Of a stretch of DNA of 64,000 nucleotides, positions 51,270 to 63,419 are shown piece by piece. The first letter of the stretch is position 1. The number at the start of each line of letters is the position of its first letter. The stretch is taken from contig NC_043000.1 in assembly GCF_006345805.1 (NCBI RefSeq), forward strand, positions 162,192,001-162,256,000. Reading direction: 5' to 3'. A model generated the notes under the pieces. It ran no database searches. It worked only from the letters and a program-made list of their open reading frames with translations, and had not been told where the DNA came from. The position numbers and the translations under genes are program-made. Source of the stretch: Octopus sinensis (lineage: Eukaryota).

Positions 51270-52499
51270 ATATATGTACAATTTTCTCTCAGACACATAT
51301 CTCTCTCGCACTATTTTATTCTCTCTCTATCTCTCTTTTGTACTCGCTGCATCAGTACATCCTCCTCTCGCTTCTTCTTCCATCATTGCTCTCTTTTACT
51401 CCTAAACATATTCTCTTTCTTCCTCTAAATCTGTCTCTCTCTCTCTCTCTTCTTCCGCTCTCTCTCCCTGCTTCTCAACCTCCCTAACTCGTCCATACAT
51501 TCTCTATCACGCCCTTCTCTGTCTATCTGTCTCTCTCTCTCCTCTCTCTCTCTCTCCTCTCACTCTCTCTCTCACACACACACACACACACCAGGATATG
51601 GTGTTTGTCAGTTTATGCACTTTTGGAAAATATTCTTTTTTTTTCTTGCTCCTACTTTGTAATGATCAGTTTTTCAAATAGCTTGTGCATTCGACTGGAC
51701 AGGTTTCTCTTTGATGTCTTCCCGTCTGTATGCAGCTGCGTGCGTTTTGCAATCGAACGCATACATACTCATGCATATATGCACCCGCATGCACACCTGT
51801 GTATGCTAACGTGTGCGCATGCATGGGGAAGGGATATTTGTGTATAAGGAAGAATGTGTGTGTGTGTGTGTGTGACATGCTAGCATATGTGTGAATGTGT
51901 ATTTGAGTGTTGCTTATTTAGTTCTGTACTTCGTTCAAGTCACCAAAGCCAAGATTATGCTGGAGCATGGCAGCATATGTACATGTGTGGTGTGTGTGTG
52001 TATGTGTGTGTGTGTGTGTGTGTGTCTGTGTGCGTGTTCTTGTGTGCGTGCGTGTGTGTGTAACTGTGTTCAACTGCAGTTTTATGTTTGCGTGAGGTTC
52101 CTGAGAATTTGCACCTTCACCCAATAACAAAGCCAAGTGTTCTCATCAAACGTATTCTTCAAAAATACAACCATACCCAACTCGGACAATGTATTTCGTT
52201 TCTTGCACCTAACCTTCGATCTACACAACCTCTTTTGTTCTCAACACCGACTCTTAGATCGTCGCATCTTCTTCGCTAGCATTTTCTCTGTAGAATGAAT
52301 ATATTGTTCTTAACTTTAACACTACACGATCTATGCTGAACTTCGTCTTCGATATGTTCGAACAACTGCGACTCTGCACAACTTCTGTCATACATCTCTA
52401 TATAACCTTTGCTGTGTACCAACCCTAACATTATTGAAACATTACTCCCTTATAGAAATATTATCCACAACCCTATAATACCCGAATTTGATACTACAT

Positions 52500-53040
52500 A
52501 ACTCCTACTCAACACTTTTGTACTCATTCCCAAACTTGTAGAACTTTAAATTACAGAAGCATTCACTCTAAACAAACTTCTACTTACATACAGCTTTACA
52601 TTTTATGAACATCTATATTATACAGTCATGTATGTTACACCACAGAAATATCTATTTTAAACAAACCTTTTTTTTAGACAGCATTTGAATAGAATACGAA
52701 ATTTATACTATACAAACTTTATACAACATAAATACGAAATTTATACCACAAAAACCTGTCATACAAACATTCACACTCTACAAACTTTACTCTAAATAAA
52801 CTTCTTCACTAAACAGACTTCTGTACTAAACAATCTTCTACGTTGCACAAATCTGTGTCATAAGCTTTTGTTCTATAGAAACGTCGACATATTACAAACG
52901 TCTCTACTAAACAAACTTCTACCAAACACATACATCTACCTTAAGTAAACTTTTATCTTATGCAGTCCCTTACACTACAGGAACCTATGATCTAAACAAA
53001 CTTATTCACAGCATAAACCTCTATCGTAAATAAATTTTTA
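52500..53040. repeat. Degenerate G-poor minisatellite (unit resembling CTAAACAAACTTCTA)
   Basis: Recurrent CTAAACAAACTT / TACAAACTTT variants throughout. Confidence 0.55.
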
Positions 53041-54260
53041 GATTACTTAAACCTTTGTCATAGACGTCCATCCAGAAGAAACTTCGATGCACATGATATA
53101 ACCATTTTCATGAAATCTGTTACACCATGAATCATAAACTAGCGATATATTCAGAGCATTAAGGTGGCCAACAGGCAGAATCGTTACAGCACGTGAAAAA
53201 ATGCTTAGCAACATTTCTTCTGAGTTCAAATTCCGCCATGCTCGACTTCGCCTTTCATCTTTCCGGGGTCAATAAAATAAGTACCAGTTGAGCACTGAGG
53301 TCGAAATTGCTGGCCTTATTGGCCTTGCTGGCCTTGTGCCAAAATTTTAATCTAATATATTCAGAGCATTATGCCACATACTCAACACATTTTGCTCTAC
53401 TCGAGACTTCATATCTACTCATAATTCTACAATATTTCAAGCAACAAGAACGTTTTTATGTAGTCGATCAGTCAGCTAGAAATATCTGTGAAATCCCGCT
53501 CAGATCATGCTCCACCACCTTAAATAAGGAAATAACACATTTAAAAATGTAGCTTTACATATTTCTAAATGGTCGGAAGGCGTATGATCATGAGTCGGCC
53601 GCTTTGCCCGATTAGAGTTGATCTGAGGCTAAACAACAAGTCTATACTGCACATGAGACTCCCTTAATCTACATAATATCCGCTTCAATACTTGTCTATC
53701 GATCTCTGAGGATAACTGTTTTATAAATCTCCCTTTTATATCAATGGACACTTTACGCTCAATGTCTAGGCTAGGTTAATTCACAAACGCTATGACGCAC
53801 ACATACGCCTACACACACACGCGCGCGCGCACACACACGCACACACAGACACACACACACACACACACTCATATATTTGCATATGTACTTACGATTTATA
53901 TCGTTTAATGTAGGTTATGTCTACACATTAACACCGGCTGAAATATATCATATATTATATATATATATGTAGGGATAGGTTTACATCCATTCACATTTAC
54001 AAGCCGGACCGATGGAAATTCCACTGTGTAACTCAACATATTTGAAAGTCGTATGCTATATTAAACACAAGCCAGAAATTTCAAAGAAAAAAAAATCTTT
54101 TGAAATTCTGCTATTTAATCAAAACTGTACTTTCAAATATTATGGAAATGAACTTAGAAAATATTGCTTATTTTACCTCTTTTAATATATTTGACAGATC
54201 TGATATGCTTTATAGTTTCAGGAAATAAAAGATGAATTAAAATGATGGAACGCATTCACA

Positions 54261-54341
<81 letters not shown>

Positions 54342-54627
54342 TTAGCTGTTTAACCACCACCAAGGTTCAGTCAAAGTTATTTACTAATTGAGATTATTTT
54401 CATTTCTGTTTTCATTTCAGTTCAGTTCAGCCGCATATCTGTTTGTATGTTTATTAATATACCTCTCTACGTGCATATCTGTTGATATATCTGTAGACTC
54501 ACCTGCGTACCTGACTATCTATCCAGCTAACTAGTTAATTAATTATCATATCTAAATTCCTTTCCTTATTTGCTCTCATAATACTGATAAGTATTTAAAC
54601 CGAATACAGCCTATGTTCAGGAACATA

Positions 54628-55140
54628 TCTATATATATAAAACTGTAGTTGTGTGAGTGTCTGTCCCCTTCGATTTAGGTTCCTAACTACTTCCACATTT
54701 TGCGGTGCAATTTAACCAAATTCGGGTATCTTATAGTCGTGATTCATATCAAGCCCGTCTGAGTATTAGCGCGCGTCTACGATGAGTCTACGATTTTAAA
54801 AATAATTTAACATAATTTTTTATTCCATTTTAATGCATAATTTTTCGTGTGTCGATGGCGGCGGAGTTGGCGTCCATGGTCACACCTGCACCTGTTTGCT
54901 TCTTCCCCTTCTTCCCTCCCTCGTGAAGCTGTGGGGAAGGGAGTGTAAGGAAATCAACGTCGTAAAGCGTTGTCAAGGAGACCAGCGTTCTTTTAGAACA
55001 ACGACTTCATGGCTTGAAGACACCAAAACAGAAATGGCTAAGAAAGCCCGAATTGGCATCTATAATGGAAGTAACTCTCTAAAAATGCTTATATAGTCAT
55101 TTCCCTTACAAACCCGAGCAACGCCGGGCGATACTGCTAG
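54628..55140 (+). mobile_element. Non-autonomous Helitron
   Basis: A|TCTATATATATAAAACTGTAGTTGT start and AAACCCGAGCAACGCCGGGCGATACTGCTAG|T end, with the same termini as 42942-43335. Confidence 0.85.
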
Positions 55141-55475
55141 TAAAAGATAAAAGTGTAAAATCAACTTTTATATATCTATATTTAACTATCTCTCGATATA
55201 TCATTAAAGGAATAGATTTATAAATCTTCATGATATTGTTTCACTATGTTAAACATCAGGACTGCGCCAGCGATTTGAACGCAAAAACACAGAATAATAG
55301 AGACCGTCTCCTCTCCCCCCTCTTCCTTTCTCACTCCTTCTTAGTTTCCCCTTTCCCCTTCATTCTTTCTCTGCATATAATTCACCATTCGGGTTATTAC
55401 CTCCCTTGACGACAGCGTAACACACGGACTAAACAGGTAGTAACGCAGAAACGCGGAGAATAATATTATAGATTA

Positions 55476-55583
55476 TACATACGTACATACATACATACAT
55501 ACATACATACATACATACATACATACATACATACATACATACATACATACATACATACATACATACATACATACATACATACA
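55476..55583. repeat. (ACAT)n microsatellite
   Basis: Directly visible. Confidence 0.95.
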
Positions 55584-56032
55584 TAGAGAGAGATAGAAAG
55601 AAAGAAATGCATTTGATTATTTGATTTATACACACTTGTAACTCCATACATTAAAGCAGTTAGCGTGATAAACTCACGCATAGTCGCACACACGAGCAAA
55701 GCGATTGATCATTTAATCTTCAAATAAGAATGAATGCATCAATAAGGAAAGCGTCATATATAAAGGACAGACCAAGATCAAACCGAATTGTCGTTTTATT
55801 CTAGGCGAGGCTGTGTGGTTAAGAAGCTTGGATTCAGTTCCACTGCGCAGAACCTTGGGCTAGTATCTTTTTCTGTCAACCTAAACCGATTTAAGTCTTG
55901 TGAGTGGTTTTGGCGGGTGAAAACTGAATCTCGTCAGAAGCTCGTATAGCGTATCCCATTGGATTAATGTAAAATTGTTTTTATTATAACTGAACATAAA
56001 AACAAACATTGATCTCTCTCTCTTTCTTTCTT

Positions 56033-56124
<92 letters not shown>

Positions 56125-56127
56125 AAG

Positions 56128-56820
56128 ATATCAAGGAATACAGAAAATGGGACAAGAGCGCAAACCATCCAGACAGATGGTACAAAAAAAGGGACAAGAA
56201 GAAACAAGGACGGGTCGTTCGGAGTTTTCTTTCCTCAGTCGAGTTCCAGATTTTTTTTGCAATTTCGGCTGGTTATGCTCGAGATTGCTCCAGTCTGGCC
56301 AGCCCCAAGGAAAAACTAAGCTAAGAGCACTGGATTCCTTGGAAGAAAGCAAGGAATGTATACGAAAACAAGGACGGAACAAAAACGGAGAAATGGTACA
56401 CAAATACAAATGCAAATAACAGGACATAACAACATGTGTCTTTCGACTAAGGACGAAATAAATTAAGGCTGGTGTGTGTGGAAGTGAAGCTTTACGGCAG
56501 GGACCGGGCATGGGGAAAAATATAGATGTTGCACAGATGGTAGTCGAACCAAGAAAGAAAGGTCAGGCTTGGCTGAACACCGGTCAGGTGGAGAGAGAGG
56601 AGAGAGGTAGAGGCAGAGGGACAGAAGAATTAGGGAGGGACGAGAAAAAAGAAAAGGGAAAGAGTGAAGTGAAAGAGGAGGGAATGTGAGAATGAAGAGA
56701 AAGCCAGGAAATGTGAGAGAGGGGGAACGAAAGAAAGAAGAGTGGAAAGAACGAAGTAAGTGTGAAGGAACTGATAGAAAGAAATAAAGAATGAAAGAAT
56801 AAGAGAGTCGTACAAAATTT
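56128..56820 (-). mobile_element. Penelope-like 3' fragment (family 1) bordered by (TA)n/(GA)n
   Basis: Its terminal ~150 bp recur at 56930-57075. It carries a CUGAGGA...GAAYGACCCGUC motif and is embedded in (TA)n. The PLE assignment is inferred. Confidence 0.55.
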
Positions 56821-56876
<56 letters not shown>

Positions 56877-56929
56877 TTACACATAAGAGACCAGAGTGTA
56901 CGTACGCCGCCATATGTGTTTAAAAAGGA

Positions 56930-57075
56930 ATACAAAAAATGGGACAAGAACGCAAAACATCCAGACAGATGATACAAAAAAAGACAAGAAAAAAACAAGG
57001 ACGGGTCATTCGGAGTTTTCTTTCCTCAGTCGAGTTCCAGATTATCTTTGCGATTTCGGCTGGTTATACTCGAGA
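56930..57075 (-). mobile_element. Second family-1 Penelope-like terminal fragment
   Basis: Close copy of ~56135-56285 (GGAGTTTTCTTTCCTCAGTCGAGTTCCAGATT). Confidence 0.55.
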
Positions 57076-57252
57076 TTATGGATATAGTTAGATAGATAGA
57101 TAGATAGGTAGATAGAGTGAGAGAGAGTGAGAGAGAGAGAGAGAAAGAGAGGGCTAGGTAAATACAACATTTACTAATAGCGTTAGAACTAATATAGATA
57201 AAGAATATGTGTGTGTATGTATATATATAGTACATACACACACATATATATG

Positions 57253-57320
<68 letters not shown>

Positions 57321-57322
<2 letters not shown>

Positions 57323-57928
57323 AGAAAAAAGCAACAAGAATGGATTAGTTGTTCAGTACAATTGTTTCATACGAAGAACAGCTTTATTAAAAGCTGCAAA
57401 TATTGCAGCAAATACAAGTGTCCCGTATTCATCAGCCAAAACACATATGAGTTTTCCAAACATCCTAAGGGGTGAGGCTACACTCATGAAGTATCGAAGA
57501 GAGGTCTATGAAAAGCAAAGTTAGATTGTAAGCAGACTTCAAAAGTTCTCTAATGATGCACAGTTTTATAAAAGATTTAAAAAAAAGTTTGTTAGCTTCA
57601 CAGAAAAGTTAAATCCATCCATAATAATGCAGGTGTAATTTCCGGAGATATGAGGAGATATTTCATACTCAGAGAAGATGAATGTATCCATAATAATGTA
57701 AATGTAATTTCCTGATATATGATCACACTTGTATTCGTTTCACAAAACTACTATGTTGGAAGAAGAGATTGACTATATTGGCTAAAAGAAGTCGCAAAAG
57801 AAGTCAGTGAAGCAGAAACTGCCCAAATAAGGACATTATGGGACATTATTTGCAGCTTTTAATAAAGCTGTTCTTCGTATGAATCAATTGTACTGAACAA
57901 CTAATCCATTCTTGTTGCTTTTTTCTTG
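57321..57928. mobile_element. 608-bp TIR element (82-bp TIRs) inserted in (TA)n
   Basis: 57321-57402 and 57847-57928 are inverted copies with one mismatch. Both ends abut long (TA)n tracts. No coding capacity. Confidence 0.85.
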
Positions 57929-57936
57929 TATATATA

Positions 57937-57978
<42 letters not shown>

Positions 57979-58002
57979 ATATATATATATATATAATATA
58001 TA

Positions 58003-58894
58003 ATAAGAATGAATGTTTTTATATATAATGAACGTGAAATACAGGAAGGGACGAACACGGAACACAGACAAATCATTCGAAGCCTTCAATCTTCAGTCAG
58101 ACACCGAATCATCATAGCAAATTTCGGCTGTTCAATTCTGATATTTGCTCCAACTCGGCCAGCCCCAAGAAAAAAACTAAGCTGTAAGCATTAGATTTCT
58201 TGGTAGAAGACAGGAATGTGAACGCACAAGACGGATGTAAATACAAGAGACGAAAACGAAATTGAAAACAGTAATGAATAAACAAAATATATATAACGGT
58301 GGTTGTCATACGACTTTAGACCAAATGAGACAAAACAACAACAACATAGCAGCTGGCGTAGAAATAATTACCGTTTCGGTAGCGGGGACACATGTTGGTC
58401 AAGATACGATGGCCAACAGAATGGTTAAGAATCAGCAGGTCGCAGGAGAGAGAGAGAGAAAGAGAGACAGAGAGAGAGGGAATCAAAGAGGGTGGAAGGC
58501 AGGGGACAGAATCAGTGACCAAGAGAAAAGGAGAAAGAAGGGATTAAGGAGGATGGGAGGAAGAGGGGGGAAGAATCGGAGGGCGCCAAAATAGTTTGGT
58601 GAAGAAGCAATGGCGGGTAGGAAAGACAGTGTGTATAGAAGTCGTGCAGGGTTTAAAATTGGACAAACAAACGGGGGGGGGGTGCACGTAACGCCGCAAT
58701 AATATAAGAATGAATGTTTTTATATATAATGAACGTGAAATACAGGAAGGGACGAACACGGAACACAGACAATTCATTCGAAGCCTTCAATCTTCAGTCA
58801 GACACCGAATCATCATAGCAAATTTCGGCTGTTCAATTCTGATATTTGCTCCAACTCGGCCAGCCCCAAGAAAAAAACTAAGCTGTAAGCATTA
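58003..58894 (-). mobile_element. Penelope-like partial tandem (191-bp direct repeat, ~510-bp body, 191-bp direct repeat) in (TA)n
   Basis: 58003-58193 and 58704-58894 differ by one substitution (offset 701 bp), with (TA)n on both sides. Each repeat has a CUGAAGA..GAAUGA.UUGUC motif on the minus strand. Confidence 0.75.
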
Positions 58895-59699
58895 TATATA
58901 TATATGTATGTATGATAATTGCTTCATCTTAAGAGATGATACGCGTCCCATCAACACACACACAACACCCCATCACACAATACAATCACTCCGCTGATGA
59001 ACCCTTATATGACTTTTAAGACTAGCTGCTGACTGACAGGGTTTAAAATACACAAATACTGCAAGACATTATGTCCTAAATGAAAAGCATGATAATGTCT
59101 AATTAAACTAATTTTTTTCGCAGTTGTTTATTATGTGTATCTTCTTTTACTATCCCATCTAGCATGTGCTCTTGTATGACTTCGTCCCCTTTTGTTTAAA
59201 ATATTCGGAAAGTATTAAAGACTATGAGTTACATAATGAAATTATATTGGACCTTAATGAATCATCAGTCATGCTTCTACTCAATGATAACATAATAATT
59301 TATTCATATTCCGTTTAAATATCTTATTTCTGAGAAAAATCACGATCCCATAGTGTCTTCTCAATATTTCCTAACCTTTCGTGAGATCACAACGCACTCG
59401 AACAGACGCTAAAACCCAGATTAAGATCCAGTATAATAAACGATGCGCTAATTTTAATGGTTCATTTTTGTTTCCAGTGGTATGTATATATTTATAGTGA
59501 ACTTGATTTTCTGCTTTTGGAAGCCTAGAGTCACAAAAATCTTTCTAATCTTTTGTTACCACACTTGGTGGTCTCACATTCATAATATAACAAATGCTCA
59601 GTCCTGCACTCTAGACTTGACTCAGAAATACCAGAAAGATATTTCACTTGTGATAATCTACTGACTTTATATCATATATATATATATATATATATGGCA

Positions 59700-60005
59700 C
59701 TGACAATCCGTCGGTTAAGACGACTAGGGTTCCAGCTGATCTGATCAATGGAACAGCTTGCTCGTGAAATTAACGTGCAAGTGGCTGAGCACTCTACAGA
59801 CACGTAGCTCTTAGAGAGGTAAAGCGTGACAAAGTGTGACAAGGCTGGCCCTTTGAAATACAGGTACTACTAACGTTTGCCAGCTGATTAGACTGAAGCA
59901 GCGTGAAATAAAGTGTCTCGCTCAGGGACACAACGCATCGCAGGAATTGCTCTGACGCCCTTATGATCTTGAGCCGAATACCCGAACCACCAAGTCACGC
60001 GCCTT
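59700..60005 (-). mobile_element. tRNA-derived SINE (third family; body shared with 42400-42495)
   Basis: AACGTGCAAGTGGCTGAGCACTC..CAAGGCTGGCCCTTTGAAATACA is shared with 42400-42495. Degenerate tRNA-like head at ~59940-60005. Confidence 0.6.
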
Positions 60006-60634
60006 CACACACAAACACACACACACATGCACAAGCTCGAAGCGTAAATTACTACTACTACTACTACTACTACTACCGCCACTGCCCCTACTACTGCTGC
60101 TGCTACTGCTATTACTGTTACTCCTACTTACAGAAGAAAACGAGGTAGCCTCTATGCAGTCTTTCAGTTTGCTTGAAACAGTAGACAAATCTCCTTCAAA
60201 TCACACCCAACCGTCAGAAGAAAAGAAGAAGAAAAACATTAAGCGATGTGGTAACAGATGCAGTATGTCTAATTGAAAATATATATTAACGCAGTGGTCA
60301 CGGTGGGTACATGTTGTTGTTCAATTGGAGTTTGTCTGATTGTATGCAGACGCAACAATAACAGCAACAATATTACAGTACTTGACTCTATTGAATAAAT
60401 GGAAGAAATAATAATTATCTTTCCTTGGTTATTATTGGAAGTGTAAACTGACAGCAACTAATATCTACGTTGGTTTTAACGTGAATTTTATTCTCTGCCA
60501 ATTCAACGTTATCTTTGTTTTCGTTAATCAGTGAAAACCGTTTCAGATTACGTTGGCGAATAGAAAGTATAAGATATGTAATACCGTACGGTCTGCTTTT
60601 TACACAACTTCGTTATTTTGTTATCTATAAATAT

Positions 60635-61016
60635 AGGTGTAAGTGTAGCTGTATGGTAAGTAGCTTGCCTACGAACGACATGGTTCCGGGTTCAGTCTCA
60701 CTGCGTGGCACCTTGGGCAAGTGTCTTCTACTATAGCTTCGGGTCGACCAAAGCTTTGTGAGTGGATATGGTAAACGGAAACTGAAAGAAACCCGTCGTA
60801 TATATGTATATATATGTGAGTATGTGTGTATATGTTTGTGTGCCTGTGTTTGTCCCTCCAACGTCGCTTGACAACTGATGCTGGTGTGTTTACGTCCCCG
60901 TAACTTAGCGGTTCGGCAAAACAGACCGACAGAATAAGTACTAGGCTTACAATTTGCTCGACTAAAGGCGGTGCTCCAGCATGGCCACATTCAAATGACT
61001 GAAACAAGTACAAGAG
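60635..61016 (+). mobile_element. CORE-type tRNA SINE with internal microsatellite
   Basis: Same head, CORE segment and tail as 48963-49408. Confidence 0.88.
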
Positions 61017-63419
61017 TATATAAGTTTGACATGGGAAAATATTACACAGATGCGTAGAATGATCCGGTGGTGATGCTGGGCTTTGTATTTTTTTATAGCT
61101 CCTGTGGTTACCGAGATAATATATTATAATAATACTCTTGTGTTAGTATAAAACGGTGCTGTAATCAATTTTTTCTTCTTCCCAGCCCGATAAAACAAAC
61201 ACTAAACTGAGTACTGAGTCACTTCAATCGACCACAGAACGTCCATGAAACATTTAGACTTCTGGTATTGTTTTAATATTAGAAATCAATACAGGAATGG
61301 GATTGGTAAAATAGTTAGTACGTCGCTGTGTAGTTCCAGTCCTTTACCTTCTAGGTCCAAATCAGGTTGAAGTAACATTAGCAGCAGTCACCTATTGCAA
61401 TCGGTTTAGTGGACTATACGGGTCATGGGCAAAGTGTGGCTCGCCGGGCTTGTTGAATGGTATGCCTTGCGAAAAATTAGGAAAACTTTTTTGTAGTACA
61501 GACTCCACCCCCACCCGAGGATGAGCCATGCCTTATGCAGCCCCCTACTCGAAGAAGGTTGCCCGTGTCTAGATTATAGCCATTCCCAAAAGGCGTAGGG
61601 TTTTTACTGTTGAAAGAAATCATCATTATAAATTGTTACAAATAACTTTAAAATTACAGCTAAATTGTTAACAAAAGCGTTGGGTAATTGAAATGTCACC
61701 TGTAATTTAGTTTAAGGTAAATGTTTAAATATAAGCATTTCATAACATGATATTGGAAGGAGGTTTTATCAAACTCCATCGAATATCACTTGAAAACCAA
61801 TGTGTCTCTGCTGGTGTGTATGACATAGGCTCGCTAACATTGCTCTTTAAGGTCGTTGGATAATGTGTTTTACTATATTTATTTCCATTTCTCTTTCTTT
61901 TCGAGCCCAACTTCAGCAAATGGCCGACTTGTTTTGACGAAGTACACTCAATACTTACGCTAAGCAAGTATTGATTGTACATAATCAAAATAAATATATA
62001 AATAAATAAAATTAAATGGAAAGTGGTGAGAGCTAAGGTGTCGAGCAACATACTTCTCGGTGTCAAGGCAATTTTAGGACTAAGACAGTTCTTGTTATCA
62101 ATGCAGCTGCAGTACCAAGGTTGCTCTCAGTAACAAAGCAGCTTTGTACAAGGGTAGTTCCGGGTATCAAAACAGCATCGGTACCAAGGTAGTTCTTAGC
62201 TGGTTGAAATCGCAACCCGACATCTATTACTTATAGACAGCTATTACTTTTAGAGCGAAAGACCACTAAAAGCAGCGTCAGTAAACTTACGCTATACATA
62301 TCAGCAGAGGTACATCACGGGTTTTCAGGTGAAATGCGATAAACTTTTAATGATATTTCCTTGCAATGCTTCTCTATAAACATTTACCTAATACTTAATT
62401 ACGCGTGACACTTCAACAACAGAATTATTAAAGAAATTGAACTTTGACACGTGAAGCTGAAAAGATTCACCATCACTCACTGGCTCACTGATTGAAGAGT
62501 TTCGAATATTTGAGGTTAGATTTTCTCCAAATCAAATTTTTGGGAAGCAACACATTTTATTAATACTATGTAAATATAAAGGCATAATTTCTAGAGAAAT
62601 AAAAGTAAAATTTCAACATTCATATTTAAAAACAGCCTTAAGCGAAATGGATTTAACGAAGACCGGGAATCGTAGCACTCACTGCAGGAATTTTAAGGCT
62701 TATTGTTGCTTTAAAGGGGCTTTAGGAATTTAATCAATACATATATCTAGCTATGTTCATTTTCCCGATCCTAAAACGATGAAAGGTAAAATTTGTGTTT
62801 AGCTATAAATAGTCAATAGATCTAATAATGTGATATCATCCTATGCCCCATCCCCGAATGCTGCTATATCGGCATATTTCAGCAGCGTATATAAATATAG
62901 AAATGTTCATGTATTACAACAAAAGATTATAAAGGAACGTATTAACTGTGCGTGCCATGGGGTGGGTGAAATTTCTAATGTAAATTTTGGAAAGATAAGC
63001 ATTGACAAATATAATTTTTAACTCTCCTATAACAATTACTTACGAAATCATTATTATCAAATTTTCCTCTACTTCCTCTTCTACCTCCCTCGTCTTCTTT
63101 TTATAATAGTGACAGTGTCTCTGTGGGTTCGAAATTCTGAAGATCGTGCCAAGATTCTAGGAAGGACACAGATAAATGGTTTCTCTTAGCTTAGATAAAG
63201 TTTACTCGTGATATTGAATTTGACACTACAGTTTGCACCAGCTAGAAACAAAATTGTTTCAACAATAAAACACGCTCGGACGCAAACACACACACACGCA
63301 CACACACACAGCTTTACATACATACGTACATACATAGATACATACATACATACATACATACATACATACATACATACATACATACATACACATGTATCTT
63401 AGTTATTTTCTCGTATACG

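Noticed and set aside
58986-59010. CTGATGAACCC after a PLE-like fragment
   Set aside because: Truncated; no closing stem or GAAA follows.
14404-63402. Numerous YI/CV/HT/RE-repeat ORFs in the ORF track
   Set aside because: Dinucleotide and tetranucleotide microsatellite translations.
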